The notes under the pieces: model-generated
Told to the model about the DNA's origin: nothing
What the model saw: only the letters and a program-made list of their open reading frames with translations
Databases searched by the model: none
Translations under genes and position numbers: made by a program
Shown here: positions 60,122 through 64,000 of the stretch, piece by piece
How the letters are laid out: each line of letters starts with the position of its first letter
Numbering within the stretch: position 1 is the first letter of the stretch
Assembly: GCA_963727625.1 (NCBI GenBank)
Contig: CAVSHR010000012.1
Location: 32,001 to 96,000, forward strand
Source: an uncultured delta proteobacterium
GTDB taxonomy: Bacteria; Desulfobacterota; Binatia; UBA9968
DNA: 64,000 bases
Direction of reading: 5' to 3'

Positions 60122-60457
60122 ATGTTTTCGCGGATCTGAAGATTCGCGCGGCGGAAACACCTCGCGCCCAGAACCGAGGGCTCCAACGCTTGCGAGCAAG
60201 TGAAATTTAAATTTAAAGAAGCCGGCTCCCCTATTCTGGTTCCGACCTCGCGGTTCCAGGGCGTCAGTGTTCGCCCAATTTGCGTGTTCATTGGAAATGA
60301 ACAAACGTATTTCAGTGAACAATCGAGGGCGTTTCGACGGCGATGTGAAGGTTCTGGCTTCGACGGGCGAATGATTGCGAGCGTGGAGCGGCCCGAAACG
60401 CGATGATTGTTAGGAAAGCAAGGCCGGCCTTAATATGCCCCCTCGGCAGTGGAGCAC

Positions 60458-60787
60458 CTACGATAAATCTTTTGTCTTCTGCTCGAACTCCTCTTTATTG
60501 ATCTCACCGCGCGCGTAGCGCTCGCGCAAGATCGTCAATGCCGAATCCGGCCGCGACGATCGTCCCTTAAACAGTAACCAGCGGAGACCCACAACAAAGC
60601 CGACGATTACCAGTACCCAGAACAACAACATCATCAGCATCATGCCGATCGCCCAGGCTCCCGACCACATCGGATGCATCTCCCAATGCCACTCGTAAAA
60701 GCGCGCCTGGGCAAAAACCGGGAATGCTTGGGCAAGCATACTCATCGGTAACAGAAATACCCACATTAGCTTATTCATGTTTTTCAT
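60458..60787 (-). CDS. SHOCT domain membrane protein
   Basis: ALTILRERYARGEINKEEFE after a Met/Trp-rich TM. Confidence 0.85.
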   Translation of the reverse strand: MKNMNKLMWVFLLPMSMLAQAFPVFAQARFYEWHWEMHPMWSGAWAIGMMLMMLLFWVLVIVGFVVGLRWLLFKGRSSRPDSALTILRERYARGEINKEEFEQKTKDLS

Positions 60788-61238
60788 CGCCTCGTTTCGA
60801 TGCTTAGCCGGGCCAATCTATCAGAACCAGGTTGCTCAGGGTGAGCACATTGGACCGGCCACGAGCACGGCCGATACTCCAGCGCGAACAGGTTCGGCGC
60901 CAACCGAATCGGCCAACCATGGTATTCGGTTGGATTCATACTTCGGAAAACCTCGTCAATGAATCAAGGCCGAACCCTGGCACGCCGTGGCTAATCGGTG
61001 ACTATCAGGCACGGTAGCTGAGATTCTTCACCAAAGCTGCGGCCAAGACAAAAAGACGAGGGGGATGATAACCGCAACCAGCGGGCTAGCTGAAATTCCG
61101 GTAAGAACCCCTAACGTCAGGGCTAACAAAAAAGTCCCAAAGTAAAACCATAAAAACTGCGTGCGCATACGAACCTCCAGTGCGTCCTATGCTTGCATTG
61201 CCGCCAGTCTTACCCGTCTTTCCTCAAGCAATTGGTAT

Positions 61239-64000
61239 TCACGCCGCCGCCCATATCTCAGACAGCAGCTCCGCCTGCTCCAGCACCGTCTGGGTGGCCT
61301 TTTCCTGTTTGTCTGGCGGATAACCGTATTTGCGCAGGATACGCTTGACGATGACGCGGAGCTGGGCGCGGACGTTTTCGCGAACCGTCCAGTCGATTGT
61401 CACATTCTTTTTTACTGTCTCGACCAACTCGCGAGCGATTTTAACCAGCGTCGGTTCGCCGAGCACCTTGACCGCACTGTCGTTGACCTCCAGGGCGTCG
61501 TAAAAAGCCAGCTCGTCTTCACTCAGATGCAGCTCTTCACCGCGCGCATTTGCTTTGCGCATGTCTTTGGCGAGCTGAATCAGCTCCTCGATCACCTGGG
61601 CAGTCTCGATGGCGCGGTTTTGGTACTTGCGCACCGCTTGTTCGAGAAGCTCGGCAAAGGAGCGTGCTTGGACGACGTTGCGCCGAGCACGAGTTTTGAT
61701 CTCGCCCGATAAAAGTTTACGCAGTAGTTCCACCGCCAGATTTCGCTGCGGCATGCTGTGCACCTCGGCGAGAAACTCATCGGAGAGGATCGAGATATCC
61801 GGTTTCTTGAGACCGGCAGTGGCAAAGATATCCACCACTTCGTCGGATGCGACCGCCTTGGAGATGATTTGGCGAATGGCGTGATCGAGTTCTTCGTCGG
61901 TCTTGCGGTCACCCGGCGTGCCCTTGGCCAACACCGCCCGAACCGCCTGAAAGAACCCAACGTCGTCACGAATGCGCAGCGCCTTCTCACGCGGCACCGC
62001 CAGCGCGAAGGCGCTGGAAAGGTCCGTGACGGCCCGCAACAGACGAGCCTTGCCGTCGTTAAGTGCCAGGATATGCTCTTGCGCGGCCGGCAGCACCGAC
62101 AGGCGCTCCTGCGGTTTGCCGGTGATCCAATGCGACCAATCGAAGCCGTGAAAAAGACCGCGGCAAATCTCGTAGTGCTTCATCAGAGCCGCCACAGCCT
62201 CGTCCTGATCGAGCGCGGTCTTACCGGTGCCGCCGCTTTCGGTGTAGGTCACCAGCGCCTTCTTGAGTTCGTCGGCGAGGCCGAGGTAGTCGACGACCAA
62301 ACCGCCCGGCTTGTCTTTGAAGACCCGGTTCACGCGCGCGATGGCTTGCATGAGACCGTGACCGCGCATCGGCTTGTCGACATACATGGTGTGCAGGCTC
62401 GGCGCATCGAAGCCGGTGAGCCACATATCGCGCACGATGACGATCTTGAAGGGATCTTTCGGGTCGCGAAACCGGAGCGCCATGTCTTCGCGCCGCTTCT
62501 TGTTCCTGATATGTCCCTGCCAGTCCAGCGGATCGGCGGCGGCTCCGGTCATAATCACCTTCATTGAGCCGGTTTCATCCGACTCACCGTGCCACTCCGG
62601 CCGCAGTGCCGCGATCTCGCGGTACAGCTCCACGCAGATGCGCCGGCTCATACAAACGATCATCGCCTTGCCGTCCATCGTCGCCAGGCGGTTCTCGAAG
62701 TGCTCCACCAGGTCGCGGGCGATGAGCTTGAGGCGATTTTCCGAGCCGACCACGGCTTCCAGTTGTGCCCACTTGGTCTTGAGCTTCTCTTTGCGCTCGA
62801 CTTCTTCGCCCTCGGTGACCTCTTCGAACTCGGGGTCGATTTTGGGACGTTCGGATTCTTTTAGTTGGAGTTTGGCGAGCCGGCTCTCGTAGTAGATCGG
62901 CACCGTGGCGCCGTCGACCACCGCCCGCTGGATGTCGTAGACGCTGATGTACTCGCCGAAGACCGCGCGGGTGTTGGCGTCGGTCTTCTCGATGGGCGTG
63001 CCGGTGAAACCTATAAACGACGCATTCGGCAGGGCATCGCGCATGTGTCGTGCAAAGCCGTCGATGAAGTCGTACTGGCTGCGATGCGCCTCGTCGGCAA
63101 TCACGACGATATTGCGCCGGTTTGAGACCACCGGATGGCGGTCGCCTTTCTCCTCGGGGAAGAATTTTTGGATCGTTGTGAAGACCACGCCCCCCGAGGC
63201 TACCTTCAGTTTCTCGCGCAGGTCGGCGCGGTCCGCCGCCTGTACCGGTGGCTGGCGGAGCAGTTCCTGACAGCGGGCGAAGGTGCCGAAAAGTTGATCG
63301 TCGAGGTCGTTGCGGTCGGTGAGCACGACGATAGTCGGGTTCTCCATCGCCGGGTGCAGGATCACGCGGCCTGCGTAGAAGGCCATCGTCAGGCTCTTAC
63401 CGGAACCCTGGGTGTGCCAGACTACGCCGACGCGCCGATCGCCGGGATCGCCTCCAGGTCGTCTCCCGGACTCGTATTTTCCCGGCGTCTCGCCCGATCG
63501 ATCCGCCGCGCTACGAGCCGCGCGCAGCGTCTCTTCCACAGCTACGTTGACCGCGTGGAACTGGTGGTAGCCCGCCATCTTCTTGGTGAGCTTGTCGCCG
63601 CCCTCGTCCTCGAACACGATGAAATGCCGCACCAGGTCGAGGAATCGACGCTTGTCGAATACGCCTTCGAGCACGACTTGCAGTTCGGCCAGGTTCGCCG
63701 CCGCATCCTCGCGTCCGCCAATCGTGCGCCAAGGTTTGAACCATTCCTTACCCGCACCGAGCGTGCCGATGCGCGCCTGCGTGCCGTCGGAGATAATCAG
63801 TGCCGCATTAGTCGTAAAGAGCGCAGGGATTTGAGCCTGATAGGTCTGGAGTTGCTGATACGCGCTCCAGATCGTCGCGTTCTCATCGGCCGGGTTCTTG
63901 AGTTCGATCACCGCCAGCGGCAGCCCGTTGACGAATAGCACAACGTCCGGCCGGCGCGTGTGCTGCCCCTCGGCCACGGTAAACTGATTGACGACCAGCC
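61239..64000 (-). CDS. hsdR: Type I restriction endonuclease subunit R (5' end outside window)
   Basis: [56 protein letters not shown]-terminal KYGYPP. Confidence 0.95.
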   Translation of the reverse strand, partial: LVVNQFTVAEGQHTRRPDVVLFVNGLPLAVIELKNPADENATIWSAYQQLQTYQAQIPALFTTNAALIISDGTQARIGTLGAGKEWFKPWRTIGGREDAAANLAELQVVLEGVFDKRRFLDLVRHFIVFEDEGGDKLTKKMAGYHQFHAVNVAVEETLRAARSAADRSGETPGKYESGRRPGGDPGDRRVGVVWHTQGSGKSLTMAFYAGRVILHPAMENPTIVVLTDRNDLDDQLFGTFARCQELLRQPPVQAADRADLREKLKVASGGVVFTTIQKFFPEEKGDRHPVVSNRRNIVVIADEAHRSQYDFIDGFARHMRDALPNASFIGFTGTPIEKTDANTRAVFGEYISVYDIQRAVVDGATVPIYYESRLAKLQLKESERPKIDPEFEEVTEGEEVERKEKLKTKWAQLEAVVGSENRLKLIARDLVEHFENRLATMDGKAMIVCMSRRICVELYREIAALRPEWHGESDETGSMKVIMTGAAADPLDWQGHIRNKKRREDMALRFRDPKDPFKIVIVRDMWLTGFDAPSLHTMYVDKPMRGHGLMQAIARVNRVFKDKPGGLVVDYLGLADELKKALVTYTESGGTGKTALDQDEAVAALMKHYEICRGLFHGFDWSHWITGKPQERLSVLPAAQEHILALNDGKARLLRAVTDLSSAFALAVPREKALRIRDDVGFFQAVRAVLAKGTPGDRKTDEELDHAIRQIISKAVASDEVVDIFATAGLKKPDISILSDEFLAEVHSMPQRNLAVELLRKLLSGEIKTRARRNVVQARSFAELLEQAVRKYQNRAIETAQVIEELIQLAKDMRKANARGEELHLSEDELAFYDALEVNDSAVKVLGEPTLVKIARELVETVKKNVTIDWTVRENVRAQLRVIVKRILRKYGYPPDKQEKATQTVLEQAELLSEIWAAA

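Noticed and set aside
60820-60852. Minus-strand MCSP-UGA as a CxxU motif
   Set aside because: A second UGA and a UAG follow within six codons; no family context

Overview
GC-rich bacterial DNA. The gene repertoire (amidohydrolase, TctC/NitT-type binding proteins, VOC proteins, orphan EutA, MoxR cluster) suggests a Binatia-like deltaproteobacterium; this is inference, not a database result. 1-19 kb is mostly intact genes: citrate synthase, sixA, a polar amino-acid ABC transporter, an OCD/mu-crystallin protein, sthA, corA, ridA, lemA/htpX, and a grdC-grdA pair whose grdA is a selenoprotein (in-frame UGA in CFVU plus a SECIS-like hairpin) that the ORF track truncated. About 19-33 kb is a heavily decayed accessory region: frameshifted amidohydrolase, methyltransferase, CDF transporter, a MerR/MerT/MerP/MerF-like cluster without merA, KdpDE-like genes, a Kup-motif APC-USP transporter and an internally deleted type ISP R-M gene. 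It contains two more in-frame UGA codons exactly at Cys positions (PCYCGC-family UxxC; HMA GMT-U-GAC). 33.9-38.5 kb is a tightly coupled operon of a divergent tryptophanase/tyrosine phenol-lyase-like PLP enzyme, an acyl-CoA ligase and two SDRs. 38.6-46.3 kb holds a CutA-NUDIX fusion, 5-FCL, hisI, hisG, a carboxyltransferase/ferredoxin/TPR operon and an orphan EutA. 46.5-60.1 kb is a DUF4175-MoxR-DUF58-BatA/vWA-DUF4159-GATase cluster plus an MBL-fold protein. The window ends in a type I R-M hsdR. Several gene junctions carry 7-nt-periodic, partly palindromic repeats. No rRNA, tRNA or CRISPR array was recognised.
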